A DNA stretch of 64,000 nt from Trichormus sp. ATA11-4-KO1 (GCA_019358915.1 JAHHIM010000012.1:32001-96000); one strand, 5' to 3'. Counted from the first letter of the stretch, positions 8,501 through 18,641 are shown. Program-made: numbers and translations. Notes: a model not told the origin generated them from the letters alone.

Positions 8501-9919
8501 TTAACCATTATCAAACCACCAAGGGTCGCTACTAGAGTTAGTTTTAATCAAAAATGCTTTTTTTCGTAAAAATCGTTTTAGTGATGCTGGCCCCATACGT
8601 GAACCACCAAGACCGGAGAATTTGAAAGAATTCTTCTCTCCTTCGTACATAATGGCAGTGAGAGCAGCATCATTAATACTAATGGCTCCTGCATCTATTT
8701 GTTGGGCAACGGCTAAAGCTTCTGCTTCTGACTCGGCAAATACTGCTGCACTTAGTCCATAAATAGAGTCGTTGGCTAAATACACTGCTTCCTCAACTGT
8801 GGAAAACGGCATCACTGGCATGATAGGGCCAAAAGTCTCTTTGGTCATCACTTTCATTGAATGGTTTACCTGGGTAATCACAGTTGGACGACACCACCAA
8901 CCTCCGCCTAATTCCTCAACTTTACCGCCACAATGAATTAATGCTCCTTTTTCGACTGCATCTAGAAGATGGTCGTTAATAATTGCGGCTTGTCTTTCGG
9001 CAATAATGGGGCCAATTTCTCCATTTTCCACTTTGGGATATGCTAACTGGAGGCGATGGGCTTTGGCTATCAGTTGATGGTAAAACTCTTCAAATATCGC
9101 TTCTGCAACGTAAATTCGCTCAATTGAGAGACATGATTGTCCGGTGTTGACTACTGAACCCCACAAAATCGCTGAAGTTGCTAATTCTAAATTGGCTGAC
9201 TCCAAAACGATCGCGGGGTCTTTTCCTCCCAATTCTAAAAAAGCTGGAATAAAGCGTCTAGCTGCGGCTTCTGCTACTTTGCGCCCTGTCGCTACACTAC
9301 CTGTAAAGCAGACTAAATCTACATATTCAATTAAAGCTGCTCCGGTGTCACCGGCTCCTTCCACAAAACTTAATACGTCACGTAAATTGGGCACAGTATT
9401 AATGGCTGTAATCAGTGGTGCTACGAAGCGGGGAGCAATTTCACTGGGTTTAACAATCACTGCACAACCCGCCAACAATGCGGGAATTGTATCAATCGTC
9501 GATAGCAACAATGGAAAATTCCACGGGCTAATCACCCCAACTAAGGGATAAGGGACTGATGTTTGTTGTAGGGCGATAAATGGAATGGCTGTATTTTTGG
9601 CTGAGTCTTGCAGTAACTCTGGTGCTAACCCACACCAACGGTCAATACTAGCCAGGAAGGAGTCTATTTCTAGTACAGAGGTGGACAATCTACCTGTATC
9701 ATTTACCAGCGCTTCTGTGAGCCGTTCTCGCCCAGATAATATGGCTTGCTTCCATTGCTGTAAGGCATCAATTCTAGCTTCTAGACCTAACTGCTGCCAA
9801 TGAATTTGCGCTCTCCGGGCGCGGTTGCATTGATGTATCAACAGCCTCGGCGGCGGCGGGAGAATTACATAGTCAAATTTTCCAGTCCGGGGATTGCGAA
9901 CTTCTATTGGTTTGGTCAT
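8501..9919 (-). CDS. NAD(P)-dependent aldehyde dehydrogenase
   Basis: ISPWNFP, FTGSVATG, LELGGKDP (Glu), GQSC (Cys), ETFGP; ATG at 9919 preferred because the upstream codons are STRR-like repeats. Confidence 0.95.
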   Translation of the reverse strand: MTKPIEVRNPRTGKFDYVILPPPPRLLIHQCNRARRAQIHWQQLGLEARIDALQQWKQAILSGRERLTEALVNDTGRLSTSVLEIDSFLASIDRWCGLAPELLQDSAKNTAIPFIALQQTSVPYPLVGVISPWNFPLLLSTIDTIPALLAGCAVIVKPSEIAPRFVAPLITAINTVPNLRDVLSFVEGAGDTGAALIEYVDLVCFTGSVATGRKVAEAAARRFIPAFLELGGKDPAIVLESANLELATSAILWGSVVNTGQSCLSIERIYVAEAIFEEFYHQLIAKAHRLQLAYPKVENGEIGPIIAERQAAIINDHLLDAVEKGALIHCGGKVEELGGGWWCRPTVITQVNHSMKVMTKETFGPIMPVMPFSTVEEAVYLANDSIYGLSAAVFAESEAEALAVAQQIDAGAISINDAALTAIMYEGEKNSFKFSGLGGSRMGPASLKRFLRKKAFLIKTNSSSDPWWFDNG

Positions 9920-10058
9920 TGGACATGGGGCATTGAGCATTGGGCATTGAGCTTAATCAGGGTAGAAAGCCCAAAACTACGCCCAGATATAGCACGTAGA
10001 ACAGCAATGTGACACATCGGTGCAGTTAGGGAAAGTTTCCAGCTTAATTTTCTACAGG

Positions 10059-11099
10059 TTAAATTATCCCCAATTTGGCTAAACGTTCAATAGTTATTTG
10101 TTGTGTTTGCGTGAAGTGTTGACGGTTTACTTCTTTGTCCAGCATAGTATTTGCTGGGTAAAACTGTGACTGGTTGTAACTTTGAGCGTATAGTTCAAAG
10201 CGCTGGCGTGAAAGTAAATTATTTAACCCTGGACGGCGGCGATCGCGGCGTAAAGCAGCTAGGTCAATCTCGGCAAATGCTGCCATGCTTTCGCCTGTAC
10301 TGGTTTGGGCTAGGACTATTCCGCGATGGTCAATGATTTTAGAACCACCATCGGCTGAAGCGTTGGGGATGGGATTATTAACGATACCTGCTGTATTCGC
10401 TGAAACTACGTAAGCCATATTTTCGACAGCGCGGGTAATTTTGGCTGCATCCTTCGGTGTGAGGTTCTTACCATACACTTCTGATGTGGAGTGTAAAAAA
10501 ATTTCGGCTCCCCGCATTGCCAGACACCGCGCCACCTCTGGATATAAAATTTCTTCTGATGCCAAAGTAGCCAAGTTACCAATTGCTGTCTTAGCTACGG
10601 GAAAAACGCCTTCTAAACCATAGCAATCGAGATACTTATCCCAAACATCATGAGGTGTAGGGGCAAACATAGAATTTAGCCGCCGATACCTTAAGACAAT
10701 AGCTCCAGCAGGATCAATCACAAAGCAGCTTTGAAAGTACAACCCTGGAAAGTTGGGGTCGAGTTCGTAGGCGTTACCAGCTAAAAATATTTGATGTTTT
10801 TGGGCAATTTTACCAAGTGCTTCATACTCAGCACCATCCATTTCTAGACAAGCTCTTTCTCCCCAAACAGCCAAGGATTCTCCCATAGGGAAACCTGTCA
10901 GAAAATATTCTGGTAAAACAATTAAGCGACAGTCAAAGCCAATAAAAGCAATACTAGCTGCAATTTGTTGCGCCAAGCGATTGATAGAGTTTTGCATCAA
11001 CAACCGGGCTGCTTGGCGATCGCTTGCTTGATTGACGGCATGGCAAGTAACTTGCAGTGCCAAAGCTCGAAATGAATCTATATTATCAGTGTTTGCCAT
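10059..11099 (-). CDS. Nitrilase-superfamily carbon-nitrogen hydrolase fold protein with an atypical triad
   Basis: LIVLPEYFLTG, RAVENMAYVVSAN and GGSKIID motifs; YRR and ASEE stand where YRK and ICYD are expected. Confidence 0.85.
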   Translation of the reverse strand: MANTDNIDSFRALALQVTCHAVNQASDRQAARLLMQNSINRLAQQIAASIAFIGFDCRLIVLPEYFLTGFPMGESLAVWGERACLEMDGAEYEALGKIAQKHQIFLAGNAYELDPNFPGLYFQSCFVIDPAGAIVLRYRRLNSMFAPTPHDVWDKYLDCYGLEGVFPVAKTAIGNLATLASEEILYPEVARCLAMRGAEIFLHSTSEVYGKNLTPKDAAKITRAVENMAYVVSANTAGIVNNPIPNASADGGSKIIDHRGIVLAQTSTGESMAAFAEIDLAALRRDRRRPGLNNLLSRQRFELYAQSYNQSQFYPANTMLDKEVNRQHFTQTQQITIERLAKLGII

Positions 11100-11159
11100 G
11101 CTGGGGAAATGGGGAGTGTACTTCGACTGCGCTCAGTAACCGGGGAATGGGGAGTGTCA

Positions 11160-11924
11160 TTAATGAATAATTCGATCACCACCCCAAAGCGATCGCACTA
11201 GTTTATCTGTCATCTCTTGACCAAACAACCGCACAGCTATTTTATTATCTGGATCACGTTCTGCGATCGCTCGACGGACAATGAAGTCACGCTCAGATAA
11301 AGCAGCACGCTCTGATTCTGCTACTGATTCAGCTTCATCTACCCAAGTCAACCACCGATCCATCATCTCATGAGCCACGTTTCTCAGTATACTTAGTGTC
11401 TCTTCCATGACTGGGCTGGTGAAACACAAACTCGTATGAGATTGGGCTTGACGAATGTAGAGAGTTTTGCTGTGATACTGCTGGAAACGTTCATCTGCAA
11501 GTAAATTCAGATATGTTTGATTCATTGGCTCGTAGTAGCGATCTAAATATTCTAGGTCAATGAATAGATCAGTACGAGGAATATAATCCATGTAAAAGAA
11601 TAGGTGTGGTACTGTAGCAAATGCATAAGCCAGATGCGGCACACGGATATGCGGTTTTAGCCAATTAGTCAGGTGCATATTACAAAAACCTGAATTAGGT
11701 TCCCGCAACCATGAATGTACTAGCCAATCCAATTCGGAACCCGAAAAAGCAGTGAGTGAACCTTGTGCATCTCCCGTCTGGGCAAAATAGCTTTGTAAGT
11801 CTTGGGTAGACGGATCTGGCTGTACCTGAAAACGATTGTCTAGTTTTTGGCGGAGTTCTTTGGTAATCCCCCATAACTGCTCAAATACGGCTGAACTGTC
11901 TAGTTGGAGTTGCTGTTCTGGCAT
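11160..11924 (-). CDS. Red chlorophyll catabolite reductase (RCCR)-like ferredoxin-dependent bilin reductase family protein
   Basis: LDWLVHSW, YMDYIPRTDL..DLEYLDRYY and ERD...R...ERDP...RLFG patterns resemble RCCR; ATG at 11924 follows AGGTG. Confidence 0.75.
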   Translation of the reverse strand: MPEQQLQLDSSAVFEQLWGITKELRQKLDNRFQVQPDPSTQDLQSYFAQTGDAQGSLTAFSGSELDWLVHSWLREPNSGFCNMHLTNWLKPHIRVPHLAYAFATVPHLFFYMDYIPRTDLFIDLEYLDRYYEPMNQTYLNLLADERFQQYHSKTLYIRQAQSHTSLCFTSPVMEETLSILRNVAHEMMDRWLTWVDEAESVAESERAALSERDFIVRRAIAERDPDNKIAVRLFGQEMTDKLVRSLWGGDRIIH

Positions 11925-12261
11925 GTTTGCACCTAATCTTGATTGGGTCACGAATGCCACCCAAATTAATCTAAACTCCAAATTTAATCATCTAACTTCT
12001 GTTAGAATTCACCAACTCTCGCCAGCATTTTTTGGAGTGCTGAGTGCTGAGTATAAACCCAGTTGCTTCATTGCTCTCTTGCATCAATACTGTCCTAACC
12101 TATGTGACTACGGCTATAAATGAAATTTTGTTTCGGACTAAGTGAAATGTCCCCAAAGTCCCATAGTCTCTAATGTGAACCAATCAGGATAAATCCTTCA
12201 AAATGGGCGTGATCTGTATGAGTAGGGAAAAATTGTTTCACGTTTGAAGTAGCAAAAATAT

Positions 12262-13341
12262 ATGGGAAAACATCAGCGTATTGGCATTCTTACTAGTGGA
12301 GGAGATTGCTCTGGTTTAAATGCGGTCATCAGGTCTGTTGTCCATTGTGCTTGTGGCAAAGGTTGGGAAGTACTAGGAATTCGTCAAGCAACTCTGGGAT
12401 TAATGGCACGTCCACCGCAATTCACAAAACTGGAAATCGACTTAGTTGACCCGTTGTTAACTTCTGGGGGAACAATGTTAGGAACCACCAACAAAGGTGA
12501 TCCTTTTGCTTTTCCTATGCCTGATGGTAGTGTATGCGATCGCTCCCAAGAAATTATTGCAGGCTATCATCAACTCAATTTAGATGCTTTGATTGGCATT
12601 GGTGGCGATGGTAGTTTGGCTATTCTCCGTCGCCTAGCCCAACAAGGCGGGATTAATTTAGTAGGGATTCCCAAAACGATTGATAATGATATTGGCATTA
12701 CTGAACATGCTATCGGTTTTGATACGGCAGTTAATATTGCCACAGAAGCACTTGATCGCTTACACTTCACGGCTGCTTCTCACAGTCGAGTCATGATTTT
12801 AGAAGTGATGGGTCGTGATGCTGGACATATTGCCATTGCTGCGGGAATTGCTGGGGGAGCAGATGTGATTTTAATCCCAGAAATTCTCTACACAATTGAA
12901 GACATTTGCTACAAAATCAAACAACGCCAAGAAAAAGGCAAAAACTATTGTCTAGTTATTGTTTCCGAGGCTGTTCGTACCCAAGAAGGTGAAACTGTCA
13001 CCATGACAAATCGTTTGGGTCAATCTCGATATGGTGGTATTGGTGAATACTTAGCCGACCAAATTAGCGATCGCATTGGTGCAGAAACGCGAGTCACTGT
13101 TTTAGGACACATCCAACGCGGTGGAACTGCTTCACCACTAGATAGATTAGTAGCAGCAGCCTTTGGTGTAGCAGCAGTAAATCTCATCGCTGAAGGTAAA
13201 TATGACTACATGGTTTCCTGGCAAAATCGTCAGGTGCTCACAGTACCCATTGCTGAGGCGATCGCTCAATATAGAACTGTTAATCCAGAGGATACTTTAG
13301 TAAAAACTGCTCGTGGTTTGGGTATTTATTTGGGTGATTGA
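12262..13341 (+). CDS. pfkA: ATP-dependent 6-phosphofructokinase
   Basis: TSGGDCSGLN, IGGDGS, PKTIDND, EVMGRDAG, LGHIQRGG. Confidence 0.95.
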   Translation: MGKHQRIGILTSGGDCSGLNAVIRSVVHCACGKGWEVLGIRQATLGLMARPPQFTKLEIDLVDPLLTSGGTMLGTTNKGDPFAFPMPDGSVCDRSQEIIAGYHQLNLDALIGIGGDGSLAILRRLAQQGGINLVGIPKTIDNDIGITEHAIGFDTAVNIATEALDRLHFTAASHSRVMILEVMGRDAGHIAIAAGIAGGADVILIPEILYTIEDICYKIKQRQEKGKNYCLVIVSEAVRTQEGETVTMTNRLGQSRYGGIGEYLADQISDRIGAETRVTVLGHIQRGGTASPLDRLVAAAFGVAAVNLIAEGKYDYMVSWQNRQVLTVPIAEAIAQYRTVNPEDTLVKTARGLGIYLGD

Positions 13342-13486
13342 CATTTGTCAAAACCTGGTACTGAAAGTTCAGGATAAATTTCTAGCTATAAAACCATCCA
13401 TGAGCCTCACAGGAACAAAACTACCATTCACGATGGCGTTAACGTCTACCGATAAAAAGATTAATGATAACTAGCTAGCTAGGGTA

Positions 13487-13559
13487 TGGAGCTAAGCGGA
13501 TTCGAACCGCTGACCCCCTCAATGCCATTGAGATGCGCTACCAACTGCGCTATAGCCCC
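13487..13559 (-). tRNA. tRNA-Ala(GGC)
   Basis: Reverse complement GGGGCTATAGCGCAGTTGGTAGCGCATCTCAATGGCATTGAGGGGGTCAGCGGTTCGAATCCGCTTAGCTCCA forms a cloverleaf with a G3:U70 pair and anticodon GGC. Confidence 0.97.
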
Positions 13560-13651
13560 TTGTAATTCGTTCTTAATAATCCCTGAATCTTAGTTTTTTG
13601 TCAAGCCTGACTGATGAAATGTCAAGTATCTCCTCCACCATTCGGTATTTT

Positions 13652-13843
13652 CTAGGACACTTGTAACAAATAGCTCATACAGTGTCCCATGAGGAAGTAA
13701 ACTACCAACATGGCAGCAGCCGCAAGGGCAACTAATGTTCCAGCCAGCATTAAAGAAAATTCTTTATGCTCAACGGCTTTCTCCATTAGGTGGAGCGACC
13801 ACGCTACCAGCGCTACATCAAATAGTAAAATAGGAATCAACAT
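13652..13843 (-). CDS. Small two-helix membrane protein, hypothetical
   Basis: 63-aa ATG ORF with two hydrophobic segments, downstream of hisF. Confidence 0.65.
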   Translation of the reverse strand: MLIPILLFDVALVAWSLHLMEKAVEHKEFSLMLAGTLVALAAAAMLVVYFLMGHCMSYLLQVS

Positions 13844-13954
13844 ATTTCTTAATATTTATTCATACTTATAAAGTAATCTTAACACCCTTTTAGAGAACTG
13901 TATCTAACTTGAGATAGATGTGGTTAGATTTTGATAATGTATTTTAGTTCAAGA

Positions 13955-14722
13955 TTACAAGCGTACTGGTACTGAATGACCGTGCAAATAGTTTTTAATT
14001 TCTGCCACGCTTAATTGCCCGTAATGCAGTAGTGATGCTAGTAACGCCGCTTCGGCTTTGCCCTCAGTTAGTGCCGTGTAGATATGTTCACAGTTGCCTG
14101 CACCACCAGAAGCAATCACTGGAACTTGTACAGATTCGGCGATCGCTCTTGTCAATCCTAAGTCGTAGCCGGCTTGAGTACCGTCAGCATCCATACTCGT
14201 GACTAGGAGTTCTCCAGCTCCTCGTCTTTCGGCTTCTTGTGCCCAACGTAAAGCATCTAAGCCGGTGTTTTCCCTACCACCTCGCACGTACACATCCCAG
14301 CCTGGGTTATCAGAATCAACTCTGCGTCTAGCATCAATAGCAACGACTATGCACTGATTACCAAAGCGATCGCTTGCCCGATTAATCAAGTCTGGTTCAC
14401 GTACTGCCGCAGAATTAATACTAACCTTGTCTGCACCTGCTCGTAACAAAGCTTTAACATTTTCTAAGGATTGAATCCCACCACCCACAGTCAAGGGAAT
14501 AAAGACCTGTTCAGCCGTGCGGTACACCACATCAATAATTGTATCTCGGTCTTCATGAGTGGCTGTAATATCCAGAAATACTAACTCATCAGCACCAGCT
14601 TCGTTGTAAACCTTTGCCAGTTCTACCGGATCGCCTGCATCCTTAAGGTCTACAAAGTTAACTCCTTTGACAACACGTCCCGCCTTCACATCTAAGCACG
14701 GTAAGATTCTTTTAGATAACAT
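13955..14722 (-). CDS. hisF: Imidazole glycerol phosphate synthase cyclase subunit
   Basis: [34 protein letters not shown]. Confidence 0.97.
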   Translation of the reverse strand: MLSKRILPCLDVKAGRVVKGVNFVDLKDAGDPVELAKVYNEAGADELVFLDITATHEDRDTIIDVVYRTAEQVFIPLTVGGGIQSLENVKALLRAGADKVSINSAAVREPDLINRASDRFGNQCIVVAIDARRRVDSDNPGWDVYVRGGRENTGLDALRWAQEAERRGAGELLVTSMDADGTQAGYDLGLTRAIAESVQVPVIASGGAGNCEHIYTALTEGKAEAALLASLLHYGQLSVAEIKNYLHGHSVPVRL

Positions 14723-14876
14723 AATAACTTTTTCACTCCTGGGTAATCGTCCGGAATTTAAATTCTAAATTGGCGCGCGCAGTTCCAACAGAAAATTTTT
14801 GCCCCGTGTTTACTCGCAGCCATTACAGCGTAGATGGCGCACAAACAGTCCTCAAGTCAAAGTTGATAGCTGAATT

Positions 14877-15977
14877 ATGGCGATAATCTCCTCGAAAAAA
14901 CAGCCTCAAGAACCCAACGGACAACCACAGCAGCGTCTGGAGTCAGCGCCAGCACCTGCCAATGAGAACATTTTGCAACCGGAAGCTGCTGCTGACGAAC
15001 AAGGTAAACAAGAAGAGAGTATCAGACCACAGCGATTTGCCGATTACATTGGGCAAAAAGACTTAAAGGATGTGCTAGACATTGCCATCAAAGCAGCTAA
15101 GTCACGCGGTGAGGTGTTGGATCACTTGCTGCTATATGGGCCTCCGGGATTGGGTAAAACAACAATGGCAATGATTTTAGCATCGGAGATGGGAGTAAAC
15201 TACAAAATTACCAGTGCGCCAGCGCTAGAACGTCCCAGGGATATTGTAGGGCTACTAGTAAACCTTAAACCCGGAGATATTTTATTTGTAGATGAAATTC
15301 ACCGTCTTTCGCGGATGACCGAAGAAATTCTCTATCCGGCTATGGAAGATTATCGTTTAGATATTACTATCGGCAAAGGTTCCAGCGCCCGGATTCGGAG
15401 TTTACCATTATCTAAATTTACTCTAGTAGGAGCCACAACCCGTGTGGGTGCGCTAACATCACCATTACGCGATCGCTTCGGGTTAGTGCAAAAATTGCGC
15501 TTTTACGAAGTAGACGAACTTAGCAAAATTGTCTTACGCAGTGCCGAATTTCTCAAAACCCCCATTGCCGAAGATGGTGCCACAGAAATTGCTAGACGAT
15601 CGCGTGGCACACCAAGAATTGCTAATAGATTACTCAAGCGTGTCCGTGATTATGCGGAAGTAAAATCATCAGGTGAAATTACCGAAAGCGTTGCCGCCGA
15701 AGCATTGCAACTATTTCAAGTAGATCCCTGTGGTTTAGATTGGACAGACCGCCGAATGCTGAGTGTGATTATTGAACAATTTAACGGCGGGCCAGTGGGA
15801 TTAGAAACAATTGCCGCCGCTACAGGTGAAGACACCCAAACAATCGAAGAAGTGTATGAACCTTACCTGATGCAAATTGGCTATTTAAGCCGCACTCCCC
15901 GTGGTAGAACAGCCACAACCGCAGCCTATAAACATTTGGGATTTAAACCGCCTAATGAACAGTTGTCGTTGTTGTAA
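14877..15977 (+). CDS. ruvB: Holliday junction branch migration helicase
   Basis: [31 protein letters not shown]. Confidence 0.97.
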   Translation: MAIISSKKQPQEPNGQPQQRLESAPAPANENILQPEAAADEQGKQEESIRPQRFADYIGQKDLKDVLDIAIKAAKSRGEVLDHLLLYGPPGLGKTTMAMILASEMGVNYKITSAPALERPRDIVGLLVNLKPGDILFVDEIHRLSRMTEEILYPAMEDYRLDITIGKGSSARIRSLPLSKFTLVGATTRVGALTSPLRDRFGLVQKLRFYEVDELSKIVLRSAEFLKTPIAEDGATEIARRSRGTPRIANRLLKRVRDYAEVKSSGEITESVAAEALQLFQVDPCGLDWTDRRMLSVIIEQFNGGPVGLETIAAATGEDTQTIEEVYEPYLMQIGYLSRTPRGRTATTAAYKHLGFKPPNEQLSLL

Positions 15978-15979
15978 TT

Positions 15980-16309
15980 AACGTGAGTTCGACAACTATC
16001 AAAAACCCCTCTCCAAACCTCTCCCCTGCCAGGAGAGCTACCGTGTACACACAAGTGTAAACCGCAAGGGTTTCAACTCTTTTAGCCCCATAAATACCCT
16101 AATTTTGGGCAACTGGAAACTCCATTTATCCCGCTAATTTTGGCGCTAGGGCAACGAAACCAAGTTTCAGGTGGGATTTTAAGACTTGTGTGTACACCGT
16201 AGGCCAGGAGAGAGGCTTTGAAACCTTGATTTTTAGTTCAAAACTAGGGAGATTTTTGCCCCTCTCCGTGTCGGAGAGGGGTTGGGGTGAGGTTCATCGA
16301 ATTCACGTT
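15980..16309. mobile_element. 155-bp MITE (AACGTGAGTTCGA TIRs) carrying a nested MITE
   Basis: TIRs AACGTGAGTTCGA / TCGAATTCACGTT, AATT on both flanks; uninterrupted copy at 35794-35948. Confidence 0.85.
16038..16202. mobile_element. 165-bp MITE with 19-bp TIRs and a 10-bp target duplication (IS4-like, possibly Nezha-type)
   Basis: CTACCGTGTACACACAAGT ... ACTTGTGTGTACACCGTAG flanked by GCCAGGAGAG direct repeats (16028-37, 16203-12). Confidence 0.9.
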
Positions 16310-16441
16310 AATTAGGGGAAGATGGAAGGACAAGGGGAAAAAGGGACAAGAGGACAAGGAGAGATTACTAATATTAAGTTCTTCCCCCCATCCCCCTATC
16401 CCCCTACTCCCTACTGCCAATTTTCTTAAGGTAAATTTTAG

Positions 16442-17248
16442 ATGATGAAGTTAATTAGTATTGTTCTCACTCTGTTGCTTGTGTTTGGTTGGAGTACACC
16501 AGTTATGGCAGTATCCCAACCACCAAGTATTACTCAAGAACAGTTACAACAAGGCGATGAGTTAGCAAATAAAGCTTTTGCAGCTACGAATAAAGGTGAT
16601 TTTGCTACAGCTGAAACTTACTGGACACAGATTATTGAACAGTTTCCCACGAATGCGGGAGCATGGAGTAATCGGGGCAATTCGCGGGTGAGTCAGAATA
16701 AATTACAAGCAGCCCTAAAAGATTACAACAAAGCCATTGAACTAGTCCCTAATGCCACAGATCCTTATTTAAATCGCGGTACAGCGTTGGAAGGATTGGG
16801 CAAATGGGAAGAGGCGATCGCCGATTATAATCATGTCCTGGAACTTGATCCGAATGATGCGATGGCGTACAACAATCGCGGGAATGCCAAATCAGGATTA
16901 GGGAAATGGGAAGAGGCGATCGCCGATTATCAAAAATCAGTGGAAATTGCCCCGAATTTTGCCTTTGCCCGTGCCAACTACGCCCTCGCCCTTTATGAAA
17001 CTGGTAAAACCGACCAAGCTATCCGCGAGATGAAGAATATTGTCCGCAAATATCCTCAATTTGCTGATATGCGTGCCGCCCTCACAGCCGCTTACTGGGT
17101 AAGTGGAAACAAAGGCGAAGCAGAGAGTAACTGGGTAGCAGCTTATGGACTAGATAACCGCTACAAAGATATGAACTGGGTAAAAAATATCCGCCGTTGG
17201 CCTCCCAGTATGGTGACAGCTTTAGATAAGTTCTTAAAAATTCAGTAG
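16442..17248 (+). CDS. Exported TPR-repeat protein
   Basis: Signal peptide and AYNNRG-type TPR repeats. Confidence 0.85.
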   Translation: MMKLISIVLTLLLVFGWSTPVMAVSQPPSITQEQLQQGDELANKAFAATNKGDFATAETYWTQIIEQFPTNAGAWSNRGNSRVSQNKLQAALKDYNKAIELVPNATDPYLNRGTALEGLGKWEEAIADYNHVLELDPNDAMAYNNRGNAKSGLGKWEEAIADYQKSVEIAPNFAFARANYALALYETGKTDQAIREMKNIVRKYPQFADMRAALTAAYWVSGNKGEAESNWVAAYGLDNRYKDMNWVKNIRRWPPSMVTALDKFLKIQ

Positions 17249-17261
17249 AGACGCGAGTTTT

Positions 17262-17351
17262 AGACATCTCCGCAAAAGCATGTAGAGACTTTGTATGCAA
17301 AGTCTCTACAAAAGATTATGGAAGATGCATATTTAATTTCTGGAGATGTCT
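17262..17351. mobile_element. 90-bp MITE (AGACATCTCC TIRs) containing a REP-like palindrome
   Basis: AGACATCTCC ... GGAGATGTCT with TTT on both sides; internal TGTAGAGACTTTG-TATG-CAAAGTCTCTACA hairpin. Confidence 0.6.
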
Positions 17352-18034
17352 TTTGTATTCTGGATATGCAACCGGGTGTAGTTCTTTACTTCTCCAGGTA
17401 TATTAATCGTTGACGGTACACGAGCATCAGCGATCGCTTCCCCCGCCACTAATTTTAATGGCACAACACCCGCCCACACTGGCAAGGTATAGTCTGCTTC
17501 ATCATCTAAGGGTGGGCCTGTCCGCACTTTAGCTGATGCTTCTGTTAAAGGTAGGGAAAGCACCAAAGTTCCTTGTAACTCCTGGCGATTAGGCGGGCGT
17601 ACTTCTGCCCATCTTTTTGGTACTACATGCTCAGTAAATGCTCGGAGGGCTTCTAGCTTTTGTTCTGCATCTTTTACTATGGTTGCTGTTCCAAATATCA
17701 CTACTGAACGGTAGTTCATCGAATGATGGAACGCAGACCGCGCCAATACTAACCCATCTAGGAGAGTTACAGTCAAGCAAACTTCAATCCCAGTTTGTAG
17801 ACTTCGCAACATCCGACTGGCTGGTGAACCATGAATATATAAACTGTCTTCCACACGACCATAAGCAGTAGGAATTACATAAGGTTGGCTATCTACAGCA
17901 AATCCCACATGACAGATTAAACCTTCATCTAAAATCTGATAAATCACTTCACGTTCATAATTTCCCCTTTGAGGTACGCGCTTAATTTGACTGCGTTGTG
18001 TTGGGGTTAACTGTTCCTGATTAATTTCATTCAT
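17333..18034 (-). CDS. Pyridoxamine 5'-phosphate oxidase-like flavin-binding protein
   Basis: YIHGSPASRM, LDGLVLARSAFHHSMNYRSVV, ASAKVRTGPP. Confidence 0.9.
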   Translation of the reverse strand: MNEINQEQLTPTQRSQIKRVPQRGNYEREVIYQILDEGLICHVGFAVDSQPYVIPTAYGRVEDSLYIHGSPASRMLRSLQTGIEVCLTVTLLDGLVLARSAFHHSMNYRSVVIFGTATIVKDAEQKLEALRAFTEHVVPKRWAEVRPPNRQELQGTLVLSLPLTEASAKVRTGPPLDDEADYTLPVWAGVVPLKLVAGEAIADARVPSTINIPGEVKNYTRLHIQNTKDISRN

Positions 18035-18641
18035 GATTGTATTTCCAATAAATCCAGTTGCATGGCGTTACTCTCAGAAAAACCCAAGCTGGAGTAAACT
18101 GGTTTACCTGATGGCGAAGCATTCAGAACGACTCGCGTGCAACCGATCGCTTTCAAATGAGCGATCGCACTATGAGTTAATTTCTTAGCAATGCCTTGTC
18201 TGCGGTAAGCTGGTTCTACATAAACGCCCCAGATATACCCGTATTTTCGATACTCGGCTGTGAATACATTCGGGTATAAACCGGAAAATAATTGACAACT
18301 TACAGAACCCACGATGACATTGTCTATCTCTGCGACAAAAGCTTGGTAAAACAATTCTTGACGAGCTTGTTCGGTAAACTGGAGGGTAATATCTAGCCAG
18401 TTGGGGTTAATTGCTTCATCAGGAACGCCAATATCTTGCCACAGTTGATAAAAGTGCTGTGCAATCAATGCGTCTTCTTGGGGAATTGCTTCTCTAATAG
18501 TGATTTGTCGGCGTTGCTGATTGAAAATATGAATTTATCTCGCGCAAAGGCGCAAAGGCGCAAAGGTACAAAGAAAAATCAGGGTGATTTTAGCATTTCA
18601 TATTCTGATTCAGCAACGCCGATTTGTCGTTCTGTCAGCAT
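18031..18641 (-). pseudogene. GNAT acetyltransferase interrupted near its start by a MITE
   Basis: Motif A VYVEPAYRRQGIAK; removing the MITE and one TSD copy restores MLTERQITIREAIPQEDALIAQHF from the ATG at 18641. Confidence 0.8.
18510..18620. mobile_element. 111-bp MITE with GGCGTTGCTGA TIRs and an 8-bp TSD
   Basis: GGCGTTGCTGATT ... ATTCAGCAACGCC flanked by a GATTTGTC duplication (18502-09, 18621-28). Confidence 0.9.

Noticed and set aside
13487..13559. tRNA-Ala as an integration site for the RCCR cluster
   Set aside because: No duplicated tRNA 3' end or integrase found, and pfkA lies between them
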